From Basidiobolus meristosporus CBS 931.73 (taxonomy: Eukaryota > Fungi > Basidiobolomycota): a DNA stretch of 64,000 bases. Below the pieces are notes generated by a model, which was not told the DNA's origin, ran no database searches, and was given only the letters and a program-made list of their open reading frames with translations. Below are positions 11,289 through 25,664 of this stretch, one piece after another. Location of the stretch: contig MCFE01000263.1 of assembly GCA_002104905.1 (NCBI GenBank), positions 44,382 through 108,381 of the forward strand, in the 5' to 3' direction. Numbering within the stretch: position 1 is the first letter of the stretch; the number at the start of each line of letters is the position of its first letter. Both the position numbers and the translations under genes were made by a program.

Positions 11289-11514
11289 GTAAATTCCATT
11301 GGATCCGTTTATCTGATTCGATTCCTCCTTGAATTTCCTCCATCCGCTTGTTTCCTTCCAGTCACTCTCCTTGCAGTTCTAGTGTAGCTATTCCATATCC
11401 CTAGTTACGAAGTTTGGATTTCGCTTTCCAGCCCACAGGTTTGCCTTCACTGAGGCTTCCACCACCACCACGTTCCGACCTAACCCCTCCACCCTTCGTC
11501 AACCGTAGATTATT

Positions 11515-12786
11515 ATGGCCGAGACCGTTGTTACCCAAGTAAGAGAGCAAGGCGACACCTTCGCAAACATCATCACACAAGTCACCCCTATCGACCCAGA
11601 TCAAGGAGGCTTCTTGTCGCACAAAGGTAAACTCGAGTTTCCCCTTGGTTTTCGGCGGAAGGCCAACCCTGCGTTGTTTTGAAGGAAGCCTGCCTTTCTC
11701 GTGCATCTCTATACCGAGGCGACTCAGATTTCTGACGTGTCATCTGGCCTGGTTGGGACGATGTATCCCGTTGGCATGGTCTCAACCTACACACTCCCCC
11801 TCCACCCTTATCGAGAACGGCGTGTAGACTAAACTGGCCCTCTTTTCGAACTTCCTACTAGATGTGGACCAGGAGCCCATCAGCTCACCTATCGTGATCT
11901 CCACTGAGGACGTTTTGTTGGTGTCGGAGCAACGCAACGAGCTGCTCGCCCTTCAAGTATGCCTTCACGCCCTCCAACTTTATCCCCTCCCCTTCGAACT
12001 TTGGCCTAAACCCTTGCTTCAACAGTCAGCGCTCGAGACACCAGGTAAAGACTTGCTGCCCCCTTTGGCACCCAAGGATGCCGGGAAGAAGTGTCTTGTA
12101 TTAGACTTGGACGAAACCCTTGTGCACAGTTCCTTCAAGGTTGGTACCCTCCCGTGTGAACACTCCCCTACCGATACTAACCCATGCGTGCACCGCAGCC
12201 AGTGGCCGAGGCGGATTTCATCATCCCTGTGGAGATCGAGGGCCAAACACACAGCGTGTACGTGGTCAAACGACCAGGCGTAGACGAGTTCATGAAGAGA
12301 GTCGGGGAATGCTATGAGGTGGTGGTCTTCACGGCAAGTCTGGCCAAGGTAATTTGGACGGGGGAGGAGATGCAGCGTATGTTGGAAGATGGTTAACCGT
12401 GTGTGTAGTATGCCGATCCGGTGCTCGACAAACTGGATATCCATGAGGTGGTGACCCACCGACTGTTCAGAGAAGCCTGCTACAACCACCGGGGAAACTA
12501 CGTGAAGGTGAGTCGGGAACCAACCTATCAACCGTCCCATCCGCGCCCAAACTAACCCGACCCCCAGAATTTGTCCCAGCTTGGACGAGACTTGCGGCAA
12601 GTGGTGATCATCGACAACTCGCCCGCCAGCTACATCTTCCATCCAACCAACGCAGTTCCCATCACCTCCTGGTTCGACGACCCACATGACACGGAACTAA
12701 TAGATTTAGTCCCCTTTTTAGAAGACCTGAAAGATGCCGACAACGTCACATTAATCCTGGACAGCATAAGTAGCAACCCGAACTAA
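11515..12786 (+). CDS. PSR1: CTD small phosphatase, PSR1/PSR2/SCP1-like (multi-exon)
   Basis: [18 protein letters not shown] (DxDxT HAD motif), [46 protein letters not shown] introns. The start ATG is inferred. Confidence 0.9.
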
Positions 12787-13441
12787 GCGCCCACCCGCAC
12801 CTACCAACCAGCCACCCCTCCCACATATCCGTAATCCGTAGTGTGCGTTCCATGTCCTTAATTTTCTTTGTAAAACTACCTTTGGTTTGGTTGAGCCGCA
12901 ACGCTTGGCCATGTTGATACTAGTAAAACCCCAACGTTTGTACCACCTGGATTTCATATACCAGTTAGAACGCCTTCCTCCCAACCCTCCCCACGGAACC
13001 TTTGGGGACACCTAATATCACCCTCCCCCCCCCCACACACACCGACCACAATAAAGTCCGACCAACCTTGTGGCAAACAAGGTTGTGTGAGGAAACCTGA
13101 GGCTTGTCCCCTAGCAACCGAGAGGTGAGGCAATTGGCAGCGAGACGACTTTCCAAGGACGGGTTGGCGTAGACCAATTAGAATCCGGGAGATGGAAGGG
13201 GATTTCGTTGAAGGCTGGGAATCGGGTAGCGAACATGCCAGAAACAAGTAGGCGAGATTTCCACCACTCATCGTGGAGGAAAAAAAAGACTCCCGAAAAA
13301 AAAACAATGCGGATTGGGTGGCCCAGAGGAGCGGCCATCTGGCCACTCGGCAAAACTACTGTTCTGTCGTCGGACACCCCGTTCAGGTCTACGTGGTTCA
13401 ACTGTTTCTTTCGTTGGCTGATACTCCGGAAAGCAATAAAG

Positions 13442-15358
13442 ATGATGCAAGCACCTGTGATTGTTATGAGTTAGTGTCCTTTCGTATCGTTGCCCCGCCC
13501 CGAGAGCCGGGCCCCGGCGTGTGGAGCCACTTTGACTAACTCCGCCTTCCACTCCCTTTCCCCTCGATAGATACCAATACCCAGAGAGAGACTGGTAAAA
13601 AAGCCCAGATCTCCAACATCACTGCAGCCAAGGTATCTATTCTTGTCCCCCGTCTCGGTTAACGTTGTCGCCGCAACCGTATTGACCCTGCTTAGACTGT
13701 AGCCGATGTCATTCGTACCTGCCTTGGGCCTCGTTCCATGCTCAAGATGCTTCTTGACCCCATGGGTGGTATTGTGCTTACCAACGACGGTAACGCTATC
13801 CTTCGTGAAGTCGAGGTCGCCCACCCCGCAGCCAAGAGTATGATTGAGCTTAGTCGCACCCAAGATGAGGAAGTTGGTGACGGTACCACCTCGGTCATTA
13901 TCCTCGGTACGTAAGCCCTCTCCAAAATAGCCCCGCCCGCTCAACCTGACCCTTTCTCTCTAGCTGGTGAGGTTCTTGCCACCACCGCACCTTACCTCGA
14001 GCGTAACATCCACCCCATCGTCATCATCTCCGCCTTGAAGAAGGCCCTTGAGGACGCCATCGAGGTGGTTGACGAGGTCAGCCACCCAGTCGATGTCAAC
14101 GACAGCAAGGAGATGTTGGACCTTATCAAAGCCTCCATCGGCACCAAATTCGTCAGCCGCTGGAGTGAGTTGATGTGCCAGCTGGCCCTTGATGCCGTCA
14201 AGACCGTTGCCATCGAAGACAACGGCAGACGTGAGGTCGACATCAAAAGATACGCCAGAGTCGAGAAGGTATGTTGCAACGCTGTTCATCGTGTATGCGA
14301 GCCACCCGTACTTATCCACCACTCAACCGCAGATTCCTGGCGGTGAGATCGAGGAGTCCCGCGTCCTCGACGGAGTCATGGTCAACAAGGATGTCACCCA
14401 CCCCAAGATGCGTCGCCACATCGAAAACCCCCGAGTCGTCCTCCTCGACTGCCCTCTCGAATACAAGAAGGGAGAGTCCCAAACCAACATCGAGATCACC
14501 AAGGAGGAGGACTGGAACCGCATCCTCCAAATCGAGGAGGAGCAAATCAAGGCATTGTGCGACAAGATCATCGAGGTCAAGCCGGACCTTGTCATCACCG
14601 AGAAGGGAGTCTCCGACCTTGCCCAGCACTACCTTCTCAAGGCCAACATCACCGCCATTCGCCGTGTCCGCAAGACCGACAACAACCGTATCGCCAGAGC
14701 CACCGGGGCCACCATCGTCAACCGCGTCGACGACCTGAAGGATTCCGATGTCGGTACCCAATGCGGTCTCTTCTCCATCGAGAAGATCGGTGATGAGTAC
14801 TTCACCTTCATGACCAAGTGCCAGAACCCCAAGGCCTGCACCATTCTCCTCCGTGGCCCCTCGAAGGACGTTCTCAACGAGATCGAGCGTAATCTCCAGG
14901 ATGCCATGTGCGTCGCGCGTAACGTGTACTTCAACCCCAACCTGGCACCAGGCGGTGGTGCTACCGAGATGGCCATCAGCGTCAAGTTGGCCCAGAAGGC
15001 CAAGACCTTGGAGGGGGTTGAGCAATGGCCCTACATGGCAGTCTCGGAGGCCATGGAGGTCATTCCACGCACACTGGTGCAGAACTGCGGTGGCAACGCC
15101 ATCAAGGTGTTGACCCAGCTGAGAGCCAAGCATGCCAACGGAAACCACTCCTGGGGTATCGACGGCCATGCCGGCAAGGTGGTGGATATGCTGGAGTACG
15201 GAGTGTGGGAGCCCACCGCCGTCAAGGTGCAAACCATCAAAACCGCCATCGAGTCGGCCTGTCTGTTGCTCCGTGTCGACGACATCGTCTCTGGTGTCTC
15301 CAAGAAGCAACAGGGCGGTGCCGCGCCCGCACCCAACCCCGAACAGATGGAACAATAA
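13442..15358 (+). CDS. CCT3: T-complex protein 1 subunit gamma (4 introns)
   Basis: MMQAPVIVM N-terminus, RTCLGPRSMLKMLLDPMGG, GDGTTS, KIPGGEIEES, LLLRVDDIVSG. Confidence 0.97.
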
Positions 15359-15975
15359 GCTCTGTTAGCTCTAATACACTTATGTCCTTACTTCCTTTCT
15401 ACAGATGTATTTTTTACTAGTTGAATCATTTCTTGTTTTGCACCCTTCTCTTCCAAAACGTACAATAAATAGGCAAGGTCTCGAAAACACATCGAAACAT
15501 GCAGCACAGCTCCTCTTCCTCGCCGTTGTACAATCAACCACGGAATCCCATCGAAACACGCAGCACGCCCTGAGCCACAGCCACCCGCGGTTGCGTCATG
15601 GGTTTCAGCTCGGTTTGTGGCTCATCCCTCACAATCAGCCTTAATCTCCTAGAATGCAGCCCTCATGGTCGACAGAATGGTCTCAACCTGCGGCAAGGGA
15701 GATGGCCCAGAGGGATAATGGATGCATCAGCGGATGTTACTGCACCCGGCATCCAATTGTTCGAGCATCGGAGCCAACCTCCGATCAATCCAGTTTTGAA
15801 TCCAAGACACACTAGAAATAGAAGGCCCACCATCAGATTGCAATCAACATTCAGTCTCTTTTGTCTCCAACTAGATTCGGCCCCTTTTTACTCGAAGCAC
15901 CCCACCAAAGTTAGGCTAGTGTTACGGTTGATCAAGCAGCCGACATATCTCTTCTATTCGTCGATTCTCTCCAGC

Positions 15976-18924
15976 ATGGCTAGTCTGAAGCGTGGCAGGA
16001 CCCTCACCCGGCCTGATCGCCTCCATGCCCCGGCACCGATGCTGAGCGGCCAGGATGAGCGCAGATCGCTGGATCCTTGGGTGCTCTTCTCCAAAATCAC
16101 GACCTTCTGGGCCCCGGGGTTTGTTCTGTCCAAGATGGGCATGCCCGAGCTGGCCAGCCGTCAGGCGTGGAGGGAGAAGGTAGCCCTTTGCTGGATCATC
16201 GCGCTGATCGGCGGGATAGTGGCCTTTCTGACCCTGGGCCTGCCGCACGTGTTTTGTCCCCCGAGCGCCATGACGAGTGTGGAGAATTTTGTGCAAGTGA
16301 GCTCGGACGTTCCAGGTAACATTGAGTGAGAGGCCTATCTGTTGCTGCAACACTAACCCGTTCGTGGTCTAGGCTTGGTCGGGGTGAACGGATTCGCATA
16401 CTCCGCCTCGTCGGCGAAGAACGAGCTGAGCCGCTTCCCTTCTGGCTCGGACATCAGCAGCCAGTTTCTCCATGGCTCCAACGTGGAGGCCTGCCGGGAC
16501 CCATCCATCAGCGGCTATTCGTCTGTTCAATACAACCCGTGTACCGCCAAAGAGGAGAATCCGGGCTGCCCGCTTCCTCCGATCGAAGAGTCCGCGGCCA
16601 CCTACAACCTGGTCCCTACTGGTAGAAGGCTGGGCTACGACTGGGTCGACATCCCCAAGAACTCCTTCGTCATCGACGGGAGCATCCTCAACCTCACCCC
16701 ATATATCAAAGCGTTCCCCGCTGCCACCCCCGAGGATGTTGTGGATGGCGCCATCCGGGAGGTCATCGACAACGGCATCACTGACGCCACCCGCGTGTTT
16801 CTTCGCAGACCAGAGCTGATCGCCTCCATTCCCTGTCTAACCGGGAAATACTTCGCCGGCTCCTTGAGCAAGTCAACGCCCGGTTGCTTCGGGGTGAAGC
16901 TTTTCTTTGTGATCTCCATGGTGATCATTCTAGGGATCGTGTTGACCCGGTTCTTCATGGCTGTCCTGTTCGACTGGTTCCTTTCGTTCAAGCTTGCCCG
17001 TCCACCAAGGCTTCAGCCGAAGCACATCATCGGCACCAAGTCCGCCCCGTGGGCCAACGCCGGCGTCAACACCGAGATAAAGCAGATCCAGCTCGATTCC
17101 AACGAGCTGTTCACCGTGTTGCTGGTCACCTGCTACTCCGAGGGGGAGAGCTCGCTGAGATGCACCATCGAGAGTCTTGCCGCCACCGAATACAGCGATG
17201 ACCGCAAGCTTCTGTTCATCATCGCCGACGGCATCATCACCGGAAGCGGGAACGAGAAAAGCACACCAGACATCTGCGTAGACATGGTCGAGCTAGACCC
17301 GCTCTACACGGACCCTGAGCCCCAAAGCTACATCGCGGTTGCCTCTGGCGCGAAGCAGCACAACATGGCCAAGGTGTATGCCGGGCATTTTGTCCACGCC
17401 GGGCACCGTGTCCCCACCGTGGTCGTGGTGAAGTGCGGCGCGCCCGAGGAGCAAGGAAAGCCCAAGCCGGGCAACCGGGGAAAGCGGGACTCCCAGCTGA
17501 TCCTGATGAATTTCTTCAGCCGGGTGACATTCAACGACCGCATGACCCCTCTCGACTATGACCTGTTCACCAAGATCCACCATCTCACCGGCGCCACCCC
17601 CGACTACTTCGAGATCGTGCTCATGGTGGACGCAGATACCAAGGTTTATCCGGACTCCCTGAGGCTGCTTACCAACTGCATGATCAACGATCAGATGATT
17701 ATGGGCCTGTGCGGAGAGACCAAGATTGCCAACAAGCGAGACTCGTGGGTCACGGCCATCCAGGTGTTTGAATACTACATATCCCACCACCTGGGCAAAG
17801 GGTTCGAGTCCATATTCGGAGGTGTCACCTGTCTGCCCGGTTGCTTCTGCATGTACCGGCTGAAGGCACGCAAGGGCGACAGTGACTGGGTCCCGATTAT
17901 CACCAAGCCCGAGATCGTCCAGGAATACTCCCAAAACGAAGTGGACACCCTGCACCAGAAAAACCTCCTGTTGCTGGGAGAGGATCGCTTCTTGACCACA
18001 CTAATGCTGAGGAACTTCCCCAACAGAAAGATGATGTTCATGCCTCAGGCGATTTGCAAGACGGTCGTTCCGGACGAATTCAGCGTCCTGCTTTCACAGC
18101 GGCGCCGTTGGATCAACTCCACCATTCATAATCTTATGGAGCTTGTGCTGGTCCGAAACCTGTGCGGAACCTTCTGCTTCTCGATGCAGTTTGTCGTGGT
18201 CATGGAGCTCATCGGCACGGTATCGTTGCCGGTGGCCATTGTGATGACCTACGTGCTGATATACTCCATAGCAACCACCACCTTCACCGATGCAGCCAGC
18301 TACTACCCGCTGATCCTGCTGATCCTCATATTGTTCTTGCCCGCGGTCCTGATCTTGCTGACCACCAGGAAGCTCATCTATATCGCATGGATGTTGGTCT
18401 ATCTCCTGGCATTGCCAGTGTGGAACTTTGTTCTTCCGGTGTACGCCTATTGGCATTTCGACGACTTCTCCTGGGGTGAGACTCGAAAGGTGGCTGGGGA
18501 AACCAAGGAAGAAGACCATGGCAAGAAAGACGGGGTCTTCGATTCGAGCAAGATCACCCTTCGTCGGTGGGAGGACTATGAGAGGCGCCGTCTGCGCAAC
18601 GACAAAGACGGGGCCCACGGCTCGCCGTCCTTCGGGAACGGAATGGTGGCACAGAACAGAGCGAGCGTTTATTCACAGCCAGAATTCGACGACAGGATCT
18701 CGGAGAAGGGCCTGATAGTGCATAACAACGCGCAAACCGCATCCTGGTACATCCAGGAGGAGTATGACTCCTCTAAGGGAGAGCCCAGCCATGGCGACCA
18801 AAACGAGGGCTTTGATCCAGTCGTCCAGCCCACCGCTTACGATGGAGCAAACACCATTCAACCTCAACAGCATCGTCTCCATGGACCAAGGCCCCAACCG
18901 CAAAGGAGAAACCGCCAGAAATAG
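15976..18924 (+). CDS. CHS3: Chitin synthase, class IV (Chs3-like), one intron ~16316-16372
   Basis: [30 protein letters not shown] and QRRRW motifs, followed by C-terminal TM helices and [12 protein letters not shown]. Confidence 0.93.
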
Positions 18925-19136
18925 AAGCACTTCGATACATCGATACCCCATTTTTATTATTTCAAGTATTATTCATATATCATCAATTCACGAATAAACA
19001 GTTCCAAAAATGAATCGAGGGTTTATTGTTACGATTATGGGTCTCGGGCCAATGTTAACAAGAAAAGATGTAGCCGATGTGAAGTATAAACATGTGAGTT
19101 GGAATTCAGATTCTGGGGATGAGTCGTCGGACGGGA

Positions 19137-20992
19137 TTAATCCGAATCTTCGGAGGAGGAGTCCTCACGTGGGAGCCAGCCGGAGCTTCTTTCGACTGCT
19201 CTTTCCCAGTCGTTGATCTGCTTGTCACGAATGGTGGTATCCATGGATGGGGAGAAGCTGTAGATGTGCTCGTTGTTGATGCCCATCAATTCGCTGGTTT
19301 CGCTCCAGTAGCCAACGGCCAAACCGGCAGCGAACGCGGCACCCAAGGCGGTGGTCTCCTTCATCTCGGGACGCTCGACACGGACGCCAGCGATATCGGA
19401 CTGGAATTGCATGCAAAGTTGGGATTTGCTCAAGCCGCCATCGGCCTTGATGACGTTGATTTCCTTGCCACTATCTTTGCGCATGGCGTTCAGGATAGCG
19501 TAGGTCTGGAAACAGGTGGATTCGTAGGTGGCACGAGCCAGATGATGCTTGTTGGCATATTGGGTAAGACCAAGGATGGCACCACGTGCATCGGATCTCC
19601 AGTATGGTGCGAAAAGTCCCGAGAAGGCGGTAACAAAGTAGACACCGCCGTTGTCTTCTACTTGAGCGGCCAGCTCGTCAAGCTCGTGGCTACCGGAGAT
19701 AAGGCCAAGGTTGTCGCGAAGCCAGCGGACAGCGGCACCAGCAACAGCAATGGATCCCTCGAGAGCATAATAGGGCTTGGCGTCCTTGCCGAGCTTATAA
19801 GCTACGGTGGTGAGCAAGCCGGAGGTGGACTGGATAGCCTCGTTACCGGTATTCATCAACATGAAGCAACCAGTACCGTAGGTGTTCTTGACATCACCGA
19901 TGTTGAAGCACTTTTGGCCGACAAGCGCAGCCTGTTGGTCACCAAGACATCCGGAAATGGGAACACCCTGGAGAGCGCCAACGGTGATGTTACCATACAC
20001 CTCGGAGGAAGAGACGATCTTGGGAAGGAAGCTCTTGGAAACACCGAAAGTTTCACAGAGCTCATCGCTCCACTCCAAAGTGTTGATGTCCATAAACATG
20101 GTTCTGCTGGCGTTGGTAACATCAGTGATGAAGAGACCGCCATTGGCACCGCCAGTAAGGTTCTAGATTGCAATGGCATTTACATCAGCATCAATATTCA
20201 ACCTAGCGTTGATCCATAGCATACTTACATAAATCAACCAAGTATCAACAGTACCGATTCTCAAAGTGCCGGCCTAGCGAAGTCAATAATAAGTACATGT
20301 GGGATCTCCGGTATTCCAAAGTAGAAGCATGTGTACCTCACTGGCAGCTTTGACAGCGGGGATCTTGTGCATGAGCCACTTCACCTTGACAGCACTGAAG
20401 TAGGTGGAGACTGGCAGACCACAGATGGCCTAAACATACACGATCAGTAACTCGAATGAATTCACAATATGGTGAAGAGCCTTACTCTGAAGCAGTCGCT
20501 GTGCTTGTCGGGATGGCTGTCGATGATTTTCTTGACGGTCTCCTTAGTACGGGTATCAGACCAGACTATGCAGCGGAGGAAAAAATTAATAAGGCTCCTC
20601 GGTAACGGGCTACAACCGCGAGTTACCAATGGCGTTGTGAAGTGGCTTTCCGGTTTCACTGTCCCAAACCAGGGTGGTTTCTCTTTGGTTGGTAATACCA
20701 ACACCCTTGATATCTTCGGGATTCAAGCCCATCGCTTTCATCTTTTTGCAAGTCTCCTCCACGCATGTAAGAACCGATTGCAGGATCACCATAGGGTCAT
20801 GCTCAACCCAACTATTGAACAACCATAAGAAAGAATGCACTCGCTTAAGCCAACGGTAAAAACTTACCCAGCATGGGGATAATGTTGCTCGAACTCCTCT
20901 TGATGATAGGTAATCACCTTACCATCATGATCGAACACAAGGAAACGGGAAGAACTAGTTCCTTGGTCAATGGCACCGACGAAAGAAGGCAT
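19137..20992 (-). CDS. GUT1: Glycerol kinase (multi-exon)
   Basis: [51 protein letters not shown]. Confidence 0.96.
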
Positions 20993-22353
20993 TGTGTTGG
21001 ATTGTTAGACTGGTAGACAATTTACAGAGAAGTAATTGATGCAGTCGAAGTGTGGGGTACGCACTTTTATATGAACCGACGATCGTTTGTTTCTCAAGGA
21101 TTCCCAAATCCGACACTGGATTCAAAGTGCCTCTCGGTGGCACCACTCTCATCCTTCCACTCTGCGCCTGCTGGAGATTTGGATCACAAATTGGATGTGC
21201 TTTGGCAAATAAGGAAACTTCCTATAAACCCATATTTATCACATCCATTCTAATATACAGTATCGCTTTCATATGAAAGCACACGAAACATTATTTACTC
21301 ATTCGCACGGATTCCTAACAGTCTAGGTGGTGACACAGGGTATCCATAGACATGAGAGTGACACAGTGTCTTCCTCGACCTTAGGTCTCACCTCTTGTAG
21401 CCCAATTTATCTACATATCGATGGACGAGAAGTGCTCTTCCATCTCAGCCATGCGTACCCCAGCTTCGAGCCCTGCACTAAGAGAAATCAATGATACCTT
21501 TCGCGAACGGCCTTTTCCAAATCTAGCAATCTGAAAGAAATCCATAAGATACGTTACTTACCTGTGTGAAAGAAATCCCATTTACGGCTCTCCCTGTAAA
21601 CAGTACGCAACTGGTTTGCACTGCATTGTGTTTATTCCGATGTTACCCTCAAGGCGAGCATGTGCCTTCAGGCAGCCATGTAATCTCGCTTACATTTTGT
21701 ACTATGCGTCGGTGTCTAGCGTCCGTAGGAAACTGGCCTGGATAGAACTCCACACACCAAACCGTACGCCTCGTTAGCAAGCCTTGTTTAGCAATTTACG
21801 CCAGGCCGTCTGTACAGCGTGATCGTGGGATACGGGCTTTGAAACAATCCCATCAAAGCTAACCTGAATTAGAGATATATATATATTGTGACCCGGAATA
21901 GAAGCGATGGAAATCCATGCCCAGTATGTGTTAGCATATGGACAAATATATACATGCACAGTATGTGTTAGTATATATGCACATTCAGTGAATGTCTCAT
22001 AGATTACCAACCAATATCATTGATGCAGAAACATCTTACCCAAAGAGCTCTTGGCTCATTACCCCACTCTGTCATTTCCATTTCGGTTGGCCATGTCTCT
22101 ATTGGATTGGAATGAGATTTTGAATGAAGTATCGCAAAGCGTTCGCAAAAGATCTCGATACTAGCCTAAGCACCGGCTTTAAACCGCTTATGCCGCAACT
22201 AATTTCTAGGCTGTTGGAGGGGTCCAGACACCTGCACCACCATTGTCTGCAAATGGATCAAACCCTGACAAGCCATGCGTGGAGGAAGAAAACAGGCCAT
22301 TCTAGTTACCACCTGGGATAACGGTCAAGCTAATCTATGGATTTTTATTGAGA

Positions 22354-23874
22354 TCATTTGTTGTAGTATTTATGTAGGAAGTCGGCTCGCTTCTGTTCAA
22401 ATGAGTCATCTCGGATGCTGTCACGGATTTCTTTGAAGAAGCGCAGGTAATGATGAAAGTTGTGAACCATCAACAATACGGGGCCCAGCATTTCGTGGGT
22501 GTTGAGGAGATGGTGTGTGTAAGAGCGAGTATGGTTTTGGCATGCGAAACATTGACAGCCCTCGAGGAACGGCCCTTGATCACTCTTGTTTTTGGGATCC
22601 CAGAGGTCGTACACGAGCTGGCCAGCATTCTTATCCTCTTGACTTCCAAATTCAAATGTCAATGCATGTCCCTTTTCAGTAGTGATATACGGGAAAGCGG
22701 AGTCGAACAAGTCGATCCCAAGTGAAATCCCTCTCAACACGCCGTCTAATGGTAGGTTAGGTTAGCTTCAGCCCCATTAGCTAGCTTCGGAAAGGATCTT
22801 ACCAGGTGCACTAAAGCCATATCCAACCCTTGGCTTGTCCTTGGGCAAGCAATCAAGGGAGACCCTCAGCAGTCTCTCTTGCTCCTCCTCCTCCTCGACA
22901 TTCAAGCCCCTCGCATCGAGAACATAGCCTGGCAGGACAGTTATTAATTTAAGACCGACCGAGCGTGAGTATGTCTTATAAATTACCATCCATATCCCTT
23001 TTGACCAACTCCTCGGCACATCTTTGGCGCTCACGCTCATGCTGGGAGCCCACCAAGACACCAAAAAGGCTGATGTTTTCCTAAATTATAAAACGTCAAT
23101 CAGTGGGCCTATACTGCAATCGGTCACACTACAAAACACCAACCTTCTTCTCGGCAATGATTTCATCTAACCATTTCAAGGTCCGATCCACTGATTTTCG
23201 AGCACGCTTGGCGGTGGGGATTTTATCAGCGACAATATCAGCCATGGCTGCGGCAATATCCGGTTTGTATGCGTTGATGGTCTTGATGAAATCTTGAGGG
23301 GTTACCTGATGGATTCGAGCGAACATTCAGTCACATGTGGTGGTCAATCAACACACAATCTCTGCTTACTTTACGGATACCACCATAGGTATTTACAGAT
23401 ATATACTTTTCGCCGTTCAGTAGTGTTTGCTCTAGCTCGGGGGAAGGGTCTAACGTGTCTATAAACATCAAGTAGTCCTATGAAAAGCTCTGTTCAGTAC
23501 GAAGTGCGTGCCAGGTTTCGCGTGCAGGTTGCAATGTACCTCGAGATTCAGGTATTTATGAAGCCCAGGCTCGAAATTTATGGATGGAGGGGGCATGTCA
23601 TCGAACCTACAACAATGCATTATTACAACTGGCAACGAGTGTGGTGGGCATCCTCCAATTCCACTTACATGTGGCTTAAAGATATTTGTATCCCACGGTT
23701 GGGCAACAAGCGAGCCATGTCCGGGGTCAAATGAGGAGTGGCCCCGCGACGACTGTACATGAGACAACCGGGGGTCTCCACCTGGATTTCACCAGTGGAA
23801 CGCTTTGTTCCAACTTTCAACAGCCCCTGACGCACTCTCTCCTTTTCATTACTTGGTTCGAAAGAAACAGACAT
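22354..23874 (-). CDS. QTRT2: Queuine tRNA-ribosyltransferase accessory subunit (multi-exon)
   Basis: ETPGCLMYSRRGATPHLTPD, GIDLFDSAFP, Zn motif CQCFACQNHTRSYTHHL, LLMVHNFHHY. Confidence 0.88.
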
Positions 23875-24824
23875 GCTTTAGCAAGATGAAGACGCAAACG
23901 GGTGGAAAATACACTCGAGTCTCTGAGAGCCAGTAGCACAATCTAAGGAAGGCTGGTAGAGAGCAGTATCTCCTCGCAACACTTTCCAGGATTTTTTTTT
24001 CCAAACCGACGATTTTATGCAAGAATAGATAGAAACCCGACTAAGATCAGTTTAGTAAAATGGAAATTACCTCCCAAGCTCACGAAGGGTGAAAATTGAT
24101 CGGTGGATTGATTTCAGCATCTCCACAGTCTGGAAAGAAGCACCAGCAAATCATTCGTGAAGTGGGCATTGTTATTTTTGCAGCAAATTTTTTTGTTTGC
24201 TCTGGGCAAATAGGATGGTGCGGTGGGGGCTTGTGCCTAATTGGGGGTCATGACCCACTATGAACAGTAACTTAACCGGATCGTGATCTGGTCAGCACGA
24301 ACAAGTGGATTGAATGAGAAGGTTGGGCTGAGGAGAGGCGAGCATGTTCTGTTATGCAGCACGGGTGGCTTGTTCAACACCCCAAGAGCTCCTATTGTAT
24401 TCCTCCCCCTCAAACGGCAATTATCGGTCGATATCAGGCTGTTGTGGCTGATGCGATATCGATGATGATAGTGCTATCTCCTTCACATCGCTTATCTTTC
24501 GAAGTCTCCTATGTCTCCCGAGTCTACCAGCGTATGTATCCAAGTCTCCCCAGACTATCTGAGCTTCAAGATCAGCGTATATATCCAATTAGGCTAAGCC
24601 CCTTGCGCAGGTAAAGATGCATTTCGTAGAGCGATTATCTCATCTCAGCGGAGTACTGTAGGCCAATGGCCGGGCGATATTCCCCTCACGAGAGGTTACA
24701 CTATAGCTAGTTAAAATGACGTTTATTGATGGGTATCTCATGGGATGTACAGAATAATACAGAATGAAGGGAGGGTTAACAATGGGAATGCAATGTGGGC
24801 TGAGGGTGGGATGACTGTTGGGCA

Positions 24825-25664
24825 CTAGTTCTCTCGGAAATATTCTTTTCCTCTCATTCTCATCCATTTGTTGGCAACCCCGCCGAGCGAGAATGCCGGA
24901 AGGATTCGGACCATACGGATGGCAGTGGTGGGGCCAGTCTCTTTTTTCAAGAATGCGATGCGTTGGGCAGCGGCGATTCCTGGTCTGTTGTATAAATCCA
25001 ATCCAGTCAGGTGGAGTGGTGTCGAAAGAAACTGCACGCCAACCGGGGTAATGAGCTGGGCAGCAATCTCACAGTTGTCCCTTGTCCACCCTACCTGCTT
25101 TTGGAGCCATGGGGCTATGGCGGGTGGAAGGTTGAATGATGCCGCGATGGTCAAACAATCACGAGCTACAAAGCACCCGTACGAAAGTGGGGGCAGTGGT
25201 CTCGCTTTAGCGCTGGAGCCGAACCACTGGGCCAGCAGCTTATCTCTAAGCAAGCTTAAGCCGATGTTGGCAATTGAAGAGGTGACGAACTTGGGGAACT
25301 GCCAGGGCTGGTCGTAATGGTTGCAAATGGTCTCAGTCCAATTGGCAATCGCATAGGTACCTGAGTATACAGCAAACATGATCATGAATGTCGGTTGTCT
25401 GAAAAACTTGTGGGGTGCAGTGAACAGATCCTTAAGTCCAGCCTTGAGACCTTCTCCGAGGCTTTGTCGACCACTGGCATTGGATACCACGGATTTATCA
25501 ATAATAGCTACTAATGGGGACACGAAGGTTGAGGACACCAAAGCGGCAGACAAATCAGTCAAGAGCAGGCCGTTGTAGTTGTACTTCGGACCCGCGTTTG
25601 TCTGGACTGTACCGTAGGTTGCCGCCTTTACTAACGAACTAGTGGAAAGAGTCTTTGAATCCAT
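24825..25664 (-). CDS. Conserved uncharacterised membrane protein (279 aa, intronless, carrier-like)
   Basis: Intact ORF with several hydrophobic segments. Motifs such as SPLVAIIDKSVVSNASG, RDCLTIAASF and STPLHLTGLDLYNRP resemble an uncharacterised fungal/protist family (from recall). Confidence 0.8.
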   Translation of the reverse strand: MDSKTLSTSSLVKAATYGTVQTNAGPKYNYNGLLLTDLSAALVSSTFVSPLVAIIDKSVVSNASGRQSLGEGLKAGLKDLFTAPHKFFRQPTFMIMFAVYSGTYAIANWTETICNHYDQPWQFPKFVTSSIANIGLSLLRDKLLAQWFGSSAKARPLPPLSYGCFVARDCLTIAASFNLPPAIAPWLQKQVGWTRDNCEIAAQLITPVGVQFLSTPLHLTGLDLYNRPGIAAAQRIAFLKKETGPTTAIRMVRILPAFSLGGVANKWMRMRGKEYFREN

